Shown here: positions 36,237-46,316 of the stretch, in pieces
Layout: each line of letters begins with the position of its first letter
How positions within the stretch are numbered: the first letter of the stretch is position 1
Source: Thermoanaerobaculia bacterium
Lineage (GTDB): Bacteria; Acidobacteriota; Thermoanaerobaculia; Multivoradales; JAIOJS01
Assembly (NCBI GenBank): GCA_030429235.1
Contig: JAUIDB010000001.1
Coordinates: forward strand, 157,696 to 221,695
Direction: 5' to 3'
Length of the DNA: 64,000 nucleotides
Made by a program: the position numbers and the translations under genes
The notes under the pieces: generated by a model
What the model was told of the DNA's origin: nothing
What the model saw: the letters and a program-made list of their open reading frames with translations, nothing else
The model's database searches: none

Positions 36237-38543
36237 TCAAGGGCGTCGTTTTGGAGCCCGAGCGAGGTCGTGGTAGCGCTCGTAGGAGTCGGCGAGCAGA
36301 AGAATCCGCTTGACGTAGACCCTCGGTTCCTCCATCGGCAGGGACTCGACGAAACGGTCGACGCGGGCCTGGCTTCCGGCCTCGGTCCACCAACGACGGA
36401 TGCGGTAGGGCCCAGCGTTGTAGCCGGCCAGCGCCAGCTCGACGTCTCCGCCGAACATATCGAGGACCTGGCGCAGGTACCGACTGGCCAGCCGGATGTT
36501 GTAGGCGGGCTCATGGAGGCGCCGGGCGTCGAACGGCACTCCCTCCTTGCCGGCGAGTTCGCGGGCCGTCGGTGTCATGAGCTGCATCAGGCCTCGCGCT
36601 CCCGACCGACTGACTGCCTGGTGATCGAAGGCGCTCTCCTGCCGGATGAGCGCCAGCACCAGGGAGAGCTCGACGCCGCGGGCTTCGGCCCAGGGGCGAA
36701 TCTCCTCGAGATGCTCGAGCGGGTAGTAGAGCTGTCGGGCGCGGGCCGGGGTGAGATCCTCGGCCGCAGTTCCCAGCGTCGGGAAGGCCCGAAGCAACGG
36801 GGCGATGCTGGCCCTCGGTTGGTTCTTCAGACTGAGGATCCGGGCCTCGAGCACCGCCGCGGCCGGCTCGAAGCGCTCCTGGGCGGCGGCTTCCGACCAG
36901 GGCTGGGTGGCGAGTTGGCGGATCTCCAGGGTGGCGAGTGGCTCGAGCCCCAGGTCGATCAGGGCGGAGGCTCGGTCTAGGCTCGGATGCACGGGCCAGG
37001 CGAGGGGGGGGAGCGGCTCGGGCCGCTCGGTGACCAGTTCGGCTGGCAGGTGGTGGCGATAGAAGTCCCGCACCGGGCTCTCTTGGGCGAGCCGTTGCCG
37101 CAGCTCGGAGGCCGAAGCGGTGTGGCCGATCTCGGCCAGCGCGTCGGCTGACCAGTAGCGAGCCGCGCGGTGTCGCCAGGAGCGGTCGTCGGACTCGACC
37201 AACGGATCCCAGGCGGCGAGGGCACCGGGGTAGTCGCGGTCTCGGTGGCGCGCCCAACCCGCCAGCCAATGATGGTCGAGCACCGCGGGGTCGTGGGCTG
37301 GTAAGTGATGGAGAGCCTGAGCCGTGGCCTCGGGGTCCTCGGCCCGCGTCGCCTGGACCAGGAGGAGTCGCCAGCTGCGCACCGCTTCCTCTTCCGTCTG
37401 CTGTCGGGCGCAGCGGGCCAACTCCTCTCGCGATCGTCGGTGCAGTTCGACCCGCTGGGCTCGGGGCAGAGTGCGGCGTCCGCGGCGGGTCGAGGCGGCG
37501 TGCCGAGCGGCCTCGGCCCTCGAGCAGCTCAGTTCGAAAGCGGAGGCGCCAGCCGCGTCGAGGTAGTGCAGCGCTTCCAGGGGCCGCCCTTCGGCGACCA
37601 GCAGCGACGACCAGAGTTCGGCCTCGATCTGCACCGGATCCAGGGGTTCGAGGGCATGGCGAGCCAGATCGGGGCGACCGGCCTCCAGGGCCCGCCGGGC
37701 TCGCTCCTGTCGCTCCCGAGGCCCGAACCAGGCGGGGAGCGGGTCGGAGCCGTGGTCGAGAATCTCCGCTTCGAGGTCCGAGCCGGGGTCGTCGCGGAGG
37801 AGGCGCCGAGCGGCGGCTCGGCGTAGTCCCGGCCGGTCGACCCGCACGGCATGATGCCAGGCGAGCTCCGCCAGCCGCCGCTGCTGTTCGGGGGTGGCTC
37901 CCCGGGCGGCAAAGATCCGTCGGGTGCGGGCCAGTCGTTGGCGATGATCGTCGGCCAATACCGGCGCGGCGAGGGTGAGTTCGAGCAGTTCGAGGCTGGC
38001 GGGGGCCGACAGCGGCGAGTCGCCATACTCTTCGAGCAGGCTCTCCAGCGCGGCGACGGAGGTGGTCGGGTCGACCGGTCGGAGACAACGAGCCAGGGCC
38101 AGGAGGCGCCAGTCTTCGAGTCCGAGATGGCGGGCCAGGGCGATCGCGGTCGGAGCCTCCAACCCGGTGCACGGCACGGTCCGTGGGTCGGCGCTGCGGT
38201 CGAACCCCTCAGCGGCAAAATGGAGACCACCGAGCAGGTCTGCGGCGCCGTTGGCCACCAGCTGCGGCTCCTCGGCGAGGGACGCCGCCGCCTTCCTCGG
38301 TGCGCCCCGGCGAGCCCAGGTGGCGGCGCGTCGGACCCCGGGATGGTGGCTGAGCGACGAGAGATCGATGGCGACGGGTAGCGGGACCGGCTCGTCGCCG
38401 GCACCGCAGCCGACGACGAGAGCCACGAGGCCCGCGAGGGCCAGGCGTCGGGCGCGGAAGCGGAGGCCGAGGCCGCGCTTCCGCGCGCTACATCCCGAGG
38501 GCGTCGGCGTCGCCGCCGGCCAGGATGTTGACCAGCTCCTCAC
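36237..38543 (-). CDS. slt: Soluble lytic murein transglycosylase (Slt family) lipoprotein
   Basis: C-terminal SLT domain ALIRQESAFDHQAVSRSGARGLMQLMTPTAREL. N-terminal superhelical repeat region. Signal RRLALAGLVALVVGCGAG. The exact start is uncertain; the track start overlaps the upstream gene by 56 nt. Confidence 0.85.
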   Translation of the reverse strand: MRSWSTSWPAATPTPSGCSARKRGLGLRFRARRLALAGLVALVVGCGAGDEPVPLPVAIDLSSLSHHPGVRRAATWARRGAPRKAAASLAEEPQLVANGAADLLGGLHFAAEGFDRSADPRTVPCTGLEAPTAIALARHLGLEDWRLLALARCLRPVDPTTSVAALESLLEEYGDSPLSAPASLELLELTLAAPVLADDHRQRLARTRRIFAARGATPEQQRRLAELAWHHAVRVDRPGLRRAAARRLLRDDPGSDLEAEILDHGSDPLPAWFGPRERQERARRALEAGRPDLARHALEPLDPVQIEAELWSSLLVAEGRPLEALHYLDAAGASAFELSCSRAEAARHAASTRRGRRTLPRAQRVELHRRSREELARCARQQTEEEAVRSWRLLLVQATRAEDPEATAQALHHLPAHDPAVLDHHWLAGWARHRDRDYPGALAAWDPLVESDDRSWRHRAARYWSADALAEIGHTASASELRQRLAQESPVRDFYRHHLPAELVTERPEPLPPLAWPVHPSLDRASALIDLGLEPLATLEIRQLATQPWSEAAAQERFEPAAAVLEARILSLKNQPRASIAPLLRAFPTLGTAAEDLTPARARQLYYPLEHLEEIRPWAEARGVELSLVLALIRQESAFDHQAVSRSGARGLMQLMTPTARELAGKEGVPFDARRLHEPAYNIRLASRYLRQVLDMFGGDVELALAGYNAGPYRIRRWWTEAGSQARVDRFVESLPMEEPRVYVKRILLLADSYERYHDLARAPKRRP

Positions 38544-40422
38544 GGAAGTAGTCGACGTCTCCTACCCGCGCATCGACCCGGTCCCGGTACATCTGATGGG
38601 AGCGATCGATATCGTCCTGAAGTCGGGTGTAGATATCGTGGTTGCGACGCCCGTCTTCGACCTGCTCTTCGTTGTAGAGCTTGATCTCGCTGACCAGCAA
38701 TCGGGCCAGGCGTCGCGCTTCTTCGTGGACCGCAGCGTCCTCGGGATCGGCGCCCGCTGGCGCCTCGGGCTCGTCCTGCCGGAAGGCCCAACCGGGCCCC
38801 TCGAGATCCGCCGGCGGCTGGACCTGAGTGCTCCCGCCGGTGACCGGGGCCGGCGCGGGTGGGCTGGGGGGTTCGGGAGCAGCTTCGGCCGCCGGGGCCG
38901 ACTCCTCCTCGACCTCGACCGTCGGCGTGGTCAGGGTCGAGCGATCCAGCAGAACGGTCTTCTCTTCCGAGAGGTCGCCTTCGTCCTCGCCCCCTGCCAC
39001 CTCGTCCTCTTCTACCTCGTCGTCGGCGTCACCTTCGGGGGAGTCGAACTCGACCACCGTAGGCATCTCGATCGCCTCTGGTGGCACCGGATCGATCTCG
39101 GTGGTGTCGGTGCCTTGAGGCATGGCGTCGGTGGCATCGAGATCGAAGTCGGCGACCTCCTCCACCTCACCGGCCTCGAACTCTTCCATCGTCAGATCGG
39201 TGACCTCGAGGCCGGATGCCTCCAGTTCCTCGACCGGGAAATCGGTCGCTGCGGCCTCGATCTCGACTACCTCGGGAGCGGGGGCGGGCTCGACCCAGTC
39301 GCTTACCCCGAGGTCTTCGGCGGCCACGCTCTCGGCTTCTTCCTCTTGGCCCTCTTCTTCTGGGGCCTCGACCTCCTCCTCGGAGACGGTAGCGAATTCG
39401 GCGGTCGGACCCTCCGGGCCCTCGTCCTCCGGCTCCGAGATGTCCTCGATCTGAGGGCTCTGGATGTACGCTTCCATCGCCTGGCGACTGATCCGCACCG
39501 TGGCTTCGGTGCTCACCGGTTCGTCCGCATCGGGCTCTTCGGCCGTCGTCGCGTCGCTGGTCAGGTCCTCGACGGCCGGCGGCTCGGTCAGTCCGAGGGC
39601 GGTTGCCTCCTCGGTCGGGGCCTCGAGACGCACCGTGGTCTCAGTCTCGGCCTCCGCCTCGAGGTCGGCCGAAGTGTCCTCCTCGGTGAATTCGTACGCT
39701 TCCTCTACGACCACCGGCGGTACGGCCGCAGCGCTGGTGGGCGCCGGTGCGATCGCGGCGGGGTCCCACAGCGCGAGTCGGGGTGCTTCGTCGGCTGCCG
39801 CGAGCGTCGGTGACCCTTCCGATCGCAGCCCCTGAGACTCGATCCGTTGGGCCGTGCAGTGGACCAGCAGGGCCAGGGCGGAGGGATCGAAAGCGTCGCG
39901 CGGTTCGAGGCGGTCGGCGTACAGAGCGGCGGCGACGCGGTCCCGCAAGACCATGGGGAGCAGCAGTCCCTCGTCGGCTCCTTCCGCGTCCAGAGCCTGG
40001 CAGATCGGGTCGCAGTCCTCGCTGTCGAGAGGCGTGGGGCGAGGGTGCTCTGCGAAGTCAGCGAAGGGAGCGGCGTCGGCCGACAGGTCCAGCCCTTCGA
40101 GCGCTTCGACCTGATCTCCGAAGCCAAAGCTGGCCCAGCCGCGGATTCCGTCCGTGAAGGTGAGGAAGAGGATCGCTCGCGACGAGTAGTGGCCCGCTTC
40201 TTCCAGCAGAGCGGACAGCGCGCTCGACTGGTCGGTGCACTGATCGATTCGTGCGACCGCATCGTGCAGCCGGTCGGCCGCCTGCTCCTCGGCCCGCTGC
40301 TGCAGCGCCTCGGACAACTTGCGGATCTGATTGGACAGCGTTCGCTCGGCGTCTTCCAGGGCGGTGCCCATGGCGTTCGACACGAGGTGTTCGAGGTTCT
40401 TCAGTTGGTCTGACAACGACAT
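38488..40422 (-). CDS. Hypothetical protein with conserved N-terminal (~200 aa) and C-terminal (~80 aa) domains flanking a ~350-aa acidic (E/D/T/A/P-rich) low-complexity region
   Basis: N-terminus MSLSDQLKNLEHLVSNAMGTALEDAERTLSNQIRKLSEAL...RAILFLTFTDGIRGWASFGFGD. Core is EEPDADEPVSTEATV...EEEVEAPEEEGQEEEAESVAAED... C-terminus AAVHEEARRLARLLVSEIKLYNEEQVEDGRRNHDIYTRLQDDIDRSHQMYRDRVD. It sits directly upstream of slt on the same strand. Confidence 0.5.
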   Translation of the reverse strand: MSLSDQLKNLEHLVSNAMGTALEDAERTLSNQIRKLSEALQQRAEEQAADRLHDAVARIDQCTDQSSALSALLEEAGHYSSRAILFLTFTDGIRGWASFGFGDQVEALEGLDLSADAAPFADFAEHPRPTPLDSEDCDPICQALDAEGADEGLLLPMVLRDRVAAALYADRLEPRDAFDPSALALLVHCTAQRIESQGLRSEGSPTLAAADEAPRLALWDPAAIAPAPTSAAAVPPVVVEEAYEFTEEDTSADLEAEAETETTVRLEAPTEEATALGLTEPPAVEDLTSDATTAEEPDADEPVSTEATVRISRQAMEAYIQSPQIEDISEPEDEGPEGPTAEFATVSEEEVEAPEEEGQEEEAESVAAEDLGVSDWVEPAPAPEVVEIEAAATDFPVEELEASGLEVTDLTMEEFEAGEVEEVADFDLDATDAMPQGTDTTEIDPVPPEAIEMPTVVEFDSPEGDADDEVEEDEVAGGEDEGDLSEEKTVLLDRSTLTTPTVEVEEESAPAAEAAPEPPSPPAPAPVTGGSTQVQPPADLEGPGWAFRQDEPEAPAGADPEDAAVHEEARRLARLLVSEIKLYNEEQVEDGRRNHDIYTRLQDDIDRSHQMYRDRVDARVGDVDYFREELVNILAGGDADALGM

Positions 40423-40605
40423 CCAATGGTCCTCTCGCAGAGTCTTGTGAGCTTACCGATTATTTTGCAGGTGGTTCGGAGTGTCAAGGCCATACGGGTA
40501 CCCTTCGGACCCCGTCGATACTGGCTCTGCGCCCCCTCGGGCGGCTTGTGAGAGGGGCCCTGGCTGTGCTAGGTTCGGCCGGCAACTTTGTAAGGAGAGA
40601 CGTTA

Positions 40606-41543
40606 TGGATACCGCTTGGAAGACGACGATTCGACATGCCCTCTTGGGCGGCCTTCTGGTCATGACCGTGGGGCTCGTGGGCTGCGGTGGAGGCGGCGGT
40701 GATGACGATGGAGCCGCCACCAACCCCGAGGAGTGGGCCTGGCTCGAGTCGGCCAAGGCAGATCTCGACGCCAAGCGAGCCGCTCTGGCCGAGGCCCGCG
40801 CTTCGCTGGCGGCCGCGACCGACGGTGAAGACGTCGAGGGCGAAGGCGAAGAGGGGGCCGAGGGCGAGGGCGAAGAGGGAGCCGAAGCGAGCGAGCCGGC
40901 GACCGAAGCGATGGTGATGGCGCTCGAGAACGAGATCGACTCTCAGTCCGAGGAGTTCATGACGCGACTGATCAACCACATCAACTCGTTGGGAATGGTC
41001 GAAGGAGAGCCTTTGACCCCGGAGCAGCAGAAGGTCATCCGGATGAAGAGCGACGAGGACATCGAAGTGGCTCAGGAGTGGATCGAGAAGGGCGGCGACT
41101 ACCGCCGGGCGATCGACATCTACAACATGCAGCTCGGACTCGACCCCGACTACGATCGCCTCAAGGAGGCTCTCGCCTACGCCGAGGAGATGCGCTATCC
41201 CTCCGCCGAGAAGTTCGCCGAGATCGAGAAGGGGATGACGCAGTCCCAGGTGCGCGACATCATCGGTCCCGTCAACCTGCACAACCGTCGCGAGTATCCC
41301 GACAAGAACGCCATCGCGTGGTTCTATCCGAAGGACCCGTCCCTCGGGTCGCTGCCACCGTCGGCGGTCTACTTCCAGGAGGACGATCCGAAGGCCTGCA
41401 CCAAGCTGAAGGAGGCTTGTGAAGCCGCCGAGGACGCCGACGCTTGCGAGGCCGAGGCCAAGGCGGATCCCGCCTGCCGCTTCCAGGTCTACCAGGCGGA
41501 TTACGGCGCGACCGAGGAGGTCGAGGAGGAGGCCAGCGAGTAG
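40606..41543 (+). CDS. Lipoprotein with a C-terminal BamE/SmpA-OmlA-like domain and an acidic repeat
   Basis: RBS aaggagag then ATG. Lipobox LVMTVGLVGCGGG. Tandem repeat EGEGEEGAEG x2. The GMTQSQVRDIIGPVNLHN block resembles the BamE GMTkxQV motif. Confidence 0.5.
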
Positions 41544-41616
41544 GTCTCGCCGCAGCGCAGGTCGCAGGTAGCGCGAGTTCCCCACCCGGTCACCGGCCGG
41601 GTTCGGGGAGAGATGA

Positions 41617-41655
41617 CTTGACAGAACCCCGGTCGGCAGGCGAGAATCGCCCTTC
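41617..41655 (+). promoter_or_regulatory. Candidate sigma-70 promoter for rpsU (TTGACA ... GAGAAT)
   Basis: cTTGACAgaaccccggtcggcaggcGAGAATcg, about 65 nt upstream of the rpsU ATG. The -10 match is weak and the spacing is 18-19 bp. Confidence 0.25.
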
Positions 41656-41718
41656 GGCGTAGCTCCGGCATCGGGGCGGTGCGCCCACGAATCCTGCGAA
41701 ATGAGGTGATAAGAAAAG

Positions 41719-41928
41719 ATGCCGACCGTATACGTCAAAGAAGAAGAGAGCTTCGAGAACGCGCTGCGCCGTTTCAAGCGCAAGTGCGAGAAGGCCGGCG
41801 TTCTCACCGAGCTGAAGAAGCGCCAGTACTTCGAGAAGCCCTCCGTCAAGCGCAAGCGCAAGACGGTTGCGGCGCGCAAGAAGATCCTTCGGAAACTCGC
41901 CGAAGAGCGCCGCGCTGGTCTGGCCTGA
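41719..41928 (+). CDS. rpsU: 30S ribosomal protein S21
   Basis: [48 protein letters not shown]. Confidence 0.95.
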   Translation: MPTVYVKEEESFENALRRFKRKCEKAGVLTELKKRQYFEKPSVKRKRKTVAARKKILRKLAEERRAGLA

Positions 41929-42026
41929 TCCGGCCCGCCAGTGATGTACGAACGCCGCGAGGGGTGACCTTCGCGGCGTTTTGTCGTTAGGTCTTTGCCT
42001 TCCATCCGTCGAGGTTCGAACCCATC

Positions 42027-44420
42027 ATGCGCTCCTCCGTAGCCACCGAACACGCTCTCGAGGTCGAGGCCCTACGCCAGGTGGTGGCAGACTACGCGGC
42101 CACCGACCTGGGTCGGCGGAGTCTCGTCGCCCTGCGACCGGCGGGCGAACCCGACGACCTCTCCGATCGGCGGGCCGGGTTCGAGGCCGTCACGAGCCTC
42201 CTTCCCCTGGTTCCGTCGATCGAGGAGCCGTTGCAATCCATCCTCGATCGCCTCGGGGCGACGAGTTTCGCCCCCAGCGGTCGCGACCTGCTGGCGTTGG
42301 CGTCGTTGATCGAGGTCGGCGAGAGTGCGAGAGACCGGGTCGAGGAGGCGATCCGGGAGGGGAGGGAAGCGAGCAGCGTCGAGCTCGAACCGCTGGTCGC
42401 ACGGCTCGACAGGTTGCCGGTCCTGGTCGACCTGGTACGTTCGATTCGACGGCGCCTCGATGAGCGGGGCGAGGTGCGCGACGACGCGACTCCCGAACTC
42501 GCGAGGCTGCGCGGTACGGTGCGTCGTCGTCGGGACAGTCTCTATCGCGAGCTGTCCGCCCTCGCCCGCCAGCACGGTGATCTGCTGAGCGAAGACACCG
42601 TGCCGCAGCGTGACGGCCGTCTGGTTCTGGTGCTCCAGGCGGGGGCTCGGGGCCGTCTCCCGGGACTCATCCACGGCCGGTCGGCGACCGGCAAGAGCTA
42701 CTACCTCGAGCCGTTGGCAGTGGTCGAGGGCAACAACGAGCTGCAGGAGGCCGCGGGCGCGATCGAGCGAGAGAAGCAGCGCATCCTCGACGAACTGCGC
42801 GAGGCGGTGGTCGCCGAGTCCGACGCGCTCGCTCGGCACGCCGCGTTGGTGGCCGATCTCGACCACTGGCAGGCGGCGCACCGCTATGCCGCCCAGGTCG
42901 GAGCGCATCTGTTGGAGCTGGCGCCGGCGCGCCGGGTACGGCTCGTCGGGGCCCGACACCCGCTCCTCGACCCTCGGCTCGCCGAGGTGCGAGCACGGGC
43001 TTTGGGCCAGGCGGGCCACCGCGACCCCGTCGTGCCCCTCGATCTCGAACTGACCCCGGAGCAGCACGCTCTGGTGATTACGGGCCCCAACGCAGGGGGC
43101 AAGACCGTGGCGCTCAAGACCCTGGGTCTGGCAGCCTGGGCGCAGGCAGCGGGTCTGCCGGTACCGGCCGACCCCGGGTCGTCTCTACCCCCCTTTGGCG
43201 AGCTGGTCGCGACCATCGGCGACGATCAGGATCTGTTGGCCGACCGTTCGACCTTCAGTGGTCGCCTTCTCCGACTGCGTGAAGTGTGGGACGTGGCGGG
43301 GTCGGGCAGCCTCATTCTGCTCGACGAGCTGGGTTCGGGGACGGATCCCGAGGAGGGAACAGCGCTGTCGGCGGCGCTCCTCGAAGCTCTGCTCGATCGT
43401 GGCTCTCTGGTGGTCGTCACGACGCATCTCGGACAGCTCGCAGCCCTGGCCCTGGAACGCCCTGGGGCAGCCTGTGCGGCGATGGAGTTCGATGCCGAGC
43501 GCGGTGCCCCACGCTACCGACTCGTGCCCGGGCCACCCGGAGGAAGTGAGGCGTTGGCGCTGGCCCGTCGCGTCGGGTTGGCCGAGGAGCTGGTGGCGGC
43601 GGCCGAAGCGCGACTGGGCGCCGACGGGAGGGACTACCGACGCCTGTTGGCCGAGGTCAGCGCGCTGCGGGAACGGTTGGCGTCCGAAGAGGAGGCTCTG
43701 GAGAGCAGCCGCCGTGAGGCGGAAGAGCTGACCGCGCGCCTGGCGGTCGAACGCGATCGTCTGGAGTTGGAACGCCGCGAGGTGGCCAAGCGGGCCCGCC
43801 GCGATCTGGAGACCTTTCGCCGCCAGGTCCGCGATGAAGTCGGTTCCGTCGCCGAGCGGCTCCGCGAGGAATGGGAGTCCGGTCGGCGCCGCGGTCTCGA
43901 GCGCAAGGTTACCGACGAGCTCCTGCGGGACGCGCCCGAGATCGCCAACTCCGAGGCGCCCTCCATCGAGGGGCCGGTCGTCGTCGGCGACCCGGTACGT
44001 CATCGCAGCCTCGGCTGGCGGGGTACTCTGGTCGCTCTCCAGCGGGGCCGAGCGGAGGTCGATCTCGACGGTAAACGTCTGCGGTGCCGGGTCGAGGAAC
44101 TGGTGCCGGGGGGCCCGTCGGCACAACACCGTCAAGAGAGGCGGGTCCCGGTCACCGAGGTGCCGGAGGCGACACCGTTGGCCTTCGAGTTGAATCTGAT
44201 CGGTGAGCGCGTGGAGCCGGCGCTCGAACGGTTGGAGAGACACCTCGAGGAGGCGGTTCGACAGGGCCGCCGCGAGGTACGGGTCGTCCACGGGCACGGC
44301 ACGGGCCGGTTGCGCCGGGCGGTGCGACAGCGTCTTTCCCGCCACGCGCTGGTGGCCGAGCAGAGAGCGGGTGGTACCGGCGAAGGGGGCGACGGAGCCA
44401 CCATCGCTCGCCTCCGCTAG
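42027..44420 (+). CDS. mutS2: Endonuclease MutS2 (MutS domains plus C-terminal Smr)
   Basis: Walker A ITGPNAGGKTVALKTLGL. C-terminal Smr LNLIGERVEPALERLERHLEEAVRQGRREVRVVHGHGTG. Confidence 0.9.
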   Translation: MRSSVATEHALEVEALRQVVADYAATDLGRRSLVALRPAGEPDDLSDRRAGFEAVTSLLPLVPSIEEPLQSILDRLGATSFAPSGRDLLALASLIEVGESARDRVEEAIREGREASSVELEPLVARLDRLPVLVDLVRSIRRRLDERGEVRDDATPELARLRGTVRRRRDSLYRELSALARQHGDLLSEDTVPQRDGRLVLVLQAGARGRLPGLIHGRSATGKSYYLEPLAVVEGNNELQEAAGAIEREKQRILDELREAVVAESDALARHAALVADLDHWQAAHRYAAQVGAHLLELAPARRVRLVGARHPLLDPRLAEVRARALGQAGHRDPVVPLDLELTPEQHALVITGPNAGGKTVALKTLGLAAWAQAAGLPVPADPGSSLPPFGELVATIGDDQDLLADRSTFSGRLLRLREVWDVAGSGSLILLDELGSGTDPEEGTALSAALLEALLDRGSLVVVTTHLGQLAALALERPGAACAAMEFDAERGAPRYRLVPGPPGGSEALALARRVGLAEELVAAAEARLGADGRDYRRLLAEVSALRERLASEEEALESSRREAEELTARLAVERDRLELERREVAKRARRDLETFRRQVRDEVGSVAERLREEWESGRRRGLERKVTDELLRDAPEIANSEAPSIEGPVVVGDPVRHRSLGWRGTLVALQRGRAEVDLDGKRLRCRVEELVPGGPSAQHRQERRVPVTEVPEATPLAFELNLIGERVEPALERLERHLEEAVRQGRREVRVVHGHGTGRLRRAVRQRLSRHALVAEQRAGGTGEGGDGATIARLR

Positions 44421-44489
44421 CCGGCCCGACTCCATTTGTAGTTTGCCGCCAGTTGGCATACCGTTCCGGGAAGGAGCCAAGCTTCGCCC

Positions 44490-46316
44490 ATGACGATCGG
44501 TCACGTCCATCTCACACCGCAACTCGTGCAAGCGGTCCGCGACGCCGTTGATGTGGTCAGCGTCGCCGAGGAGCACACGCGCTTGGAGCGGCGCGGCAAT
44601 CGACACGTCGGGCTCTGTCCGCTGCACAAAGAGAAGACGCCCTCGTTCTCGGTCGATTCGGCGCACAACCTCTTCTACTGCTTCGGCTGCGGAGCCGGCG
44701 GCGATGCCATCAAGCTGCACATGATGCTCTCTGGCGATGACTTCCCGGCCGCGATCGAGGGTCTGGCGGAGCGGTTCGGGGTCCCGGTGAGTCGCCGTCA
44801 GGGGCGCGGAGTCGACAGCGGTCCGGATCTCGGTCCGGCTCTGGAGGCCGCCGCCGAGTGGTTCGCCGGTCGTCTGGCCGCGCATCGGCCGACCCTCGAC
44901 TACCTCGCTGCACGCGGCATCTCGTCGGAGCTCGCGGCCGACTATGGACTCGGTTTCGCGCCCGAGGGCTGGGAGGGCCTCAAGGGGGCTCTGACGGGTC
45001 GTTTTTCCCACGACCAGTTGGTGGCCGCGGGGTTGCTGTCGCCGTCGAAGCGGGCCGAAGGACAGCCCTACGACCGCTTCCGCAACCGATTGATCTTCCC
45101 GATCCGACTGCCGTCGGGGCGGGTGGTCGGTTTCGGCGGCCGCACGCTTGGTGACGACGACGCCAAGTACATCAACACGCGGGAGACCGAACGTTTCGAC
45201 AAGAAGACTCTGCTCTACGGCCTGGATCGGGCCAAACGAGCCATCCGAGACAGCGGCCGAGCGATCCTGGTCGAGGGGTACTTCGATGTACTGGGCACCG
45301 TGGCGGCGGGGGTCGAGGGGGTCGTGGCCTGCATGGGCACCTCGTTGACCGTGCCGCAGGCGCGCTTGCTGGCTCGCTACGGCGAGGAGGTCGTGATCGC
45401 TTTCGACGGCGATGCGGCGGGCCAGAAGGCCTACACCCGAGCCTTGCCGATCCTCCTCGCGGCCGGCCTCTCGGTGCGCTGGGCCGAGCTGCCTCCGGGC
45501 AGTGACCCCGACACCCTACGACAGGAGCAAGGAGCCGAGGCACTGCGCGAGCTGCTCGACAGTGCTCCCGACGCGGTAGAGCGTGAACTCGACCGGAAGA
45601 TTCCAGCCGAAGCGCGAAACCAACCCCAGCTCCAGGCCCGAATCGCCCCTGAGATCGGGGAGCTACTGCAGTCCCTTCCCGATCCCATCCTGCGCTATTC
45701 CTACGGGCGTCTCGCCGCCCAACGACTGGGCATTCCGTTCGAGCTGATGGCGCGCCACCTGGGTCGTGGGCCGAGCCGGGAACGTCGCTCGCCCCAGGAA
45801 CCGGTGCCCTCGCGCGGACCGTCGCGGACGCCCGGTCTCGATCAGGAGCGAGGGTTCCTTCGTCTGGCCATGTCACGGCTCGCCGAGTCGACAGATTCTC
45901 CCGTCCTCGGCGACGATCCACCCCCGCTCGAGGCGTTCTGGGATCCGAGCTGTCAGAAGCTCTACGCGACGTTGTGCGACCTCGCTCGGGTTCCGGTCGA
46001 GGACCCGCTGTTGGCCCTCCGTCAGGAGGTCGAGGCGAGCGACGGCCCCGTCGATCTGCTGGCCAGGCTTCTGATGGAGGCGTTGGAGCCCCAGAATCCG
46101 CCCGTGCCGGCGGACAAGCGGCGCGAGGAGTTCGAGGCGGCAGCCACGCTGTTGCGTCGTCGTTGGTTGAGCCAGCGGCAGCGCGAGCTGGCGCAGGCCA
46201 TCCGGCAGGCGCAGCAGAACGGAGACGGTAGCGGGCTCGAGCGGTTGCTCCAGGAGAAGAGCGCTCTGAGTCGTCGCCTCCACCAGCTTCCCGCTCCCAC
46301 GGGGGCCGTCTCGTGA
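44490..46316 (+). CDS. dnaG: DNA primase
   Basis: Zinc-binding CHC2 [13 protein letters not shown]...[26 protein letters not shown]...AFDGDAAG. Confidence 0.95.
   Translation: MTIGHVHLTPQLVQAVRDAVDVVSVAEEHTRLERRGNRHVGLCPLHKEKTPSFSVDSAHNLFYCFGCGAGGDAIKLHMMLSGDDFPAAIEGLAERFGVPVSRRQGRGVDSGPDLGPALEAAAEWFAGRLAAHRPTLDYLAARGISSELAADYGLGFAPEGWEGLKGALTGRFSHDQLVAAGLLSPSKRAEGQPYDRFRNRLIFPIRLPSGRVVGFGGRTLGDDDAKYINTRETERFDKKTLLYGLDRAKRAIRDSGRAILVEGYFDVLGTVAAGVEGVVACMGTSLTVPQARLLARYGEEVVIAFDGDAAGQKAYTRALPILLAAGLSVRWAELPPGSDPDTLRQEQGAEALRELLDSAPDAVERELDRKIPAEARNQPQLQARIAPEIGELLQSLPDPILRYSYGRLAAQRLGIPFELMARHLGRGPSRERRSPQEPVPSRGPSRTPGLDQERGFLRLAMSRLAESTDSPVLGDDPPPLEAFWDPSCQKLYATLCDLARVPVEDPLLALRQEVEASDGPVDLLARLLMEALEPQNPPVPADKRREEFEAAATLLRRRWLSQRQRELAQAIRQAQQNGDGSGLERLLQEKSALSRRLHQLPAPTGAVS

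Noticed and set aside
36511-38172. 553-aa minus-strand ORF (and 37975..39813 +, 612 aa) overlapping slt and the acidic protein gene
   Set aside because: Alternative-frame or antisense artefacts with Pro/Arg/Gly composition. slt has a bona fide SLT domain in its own frame.
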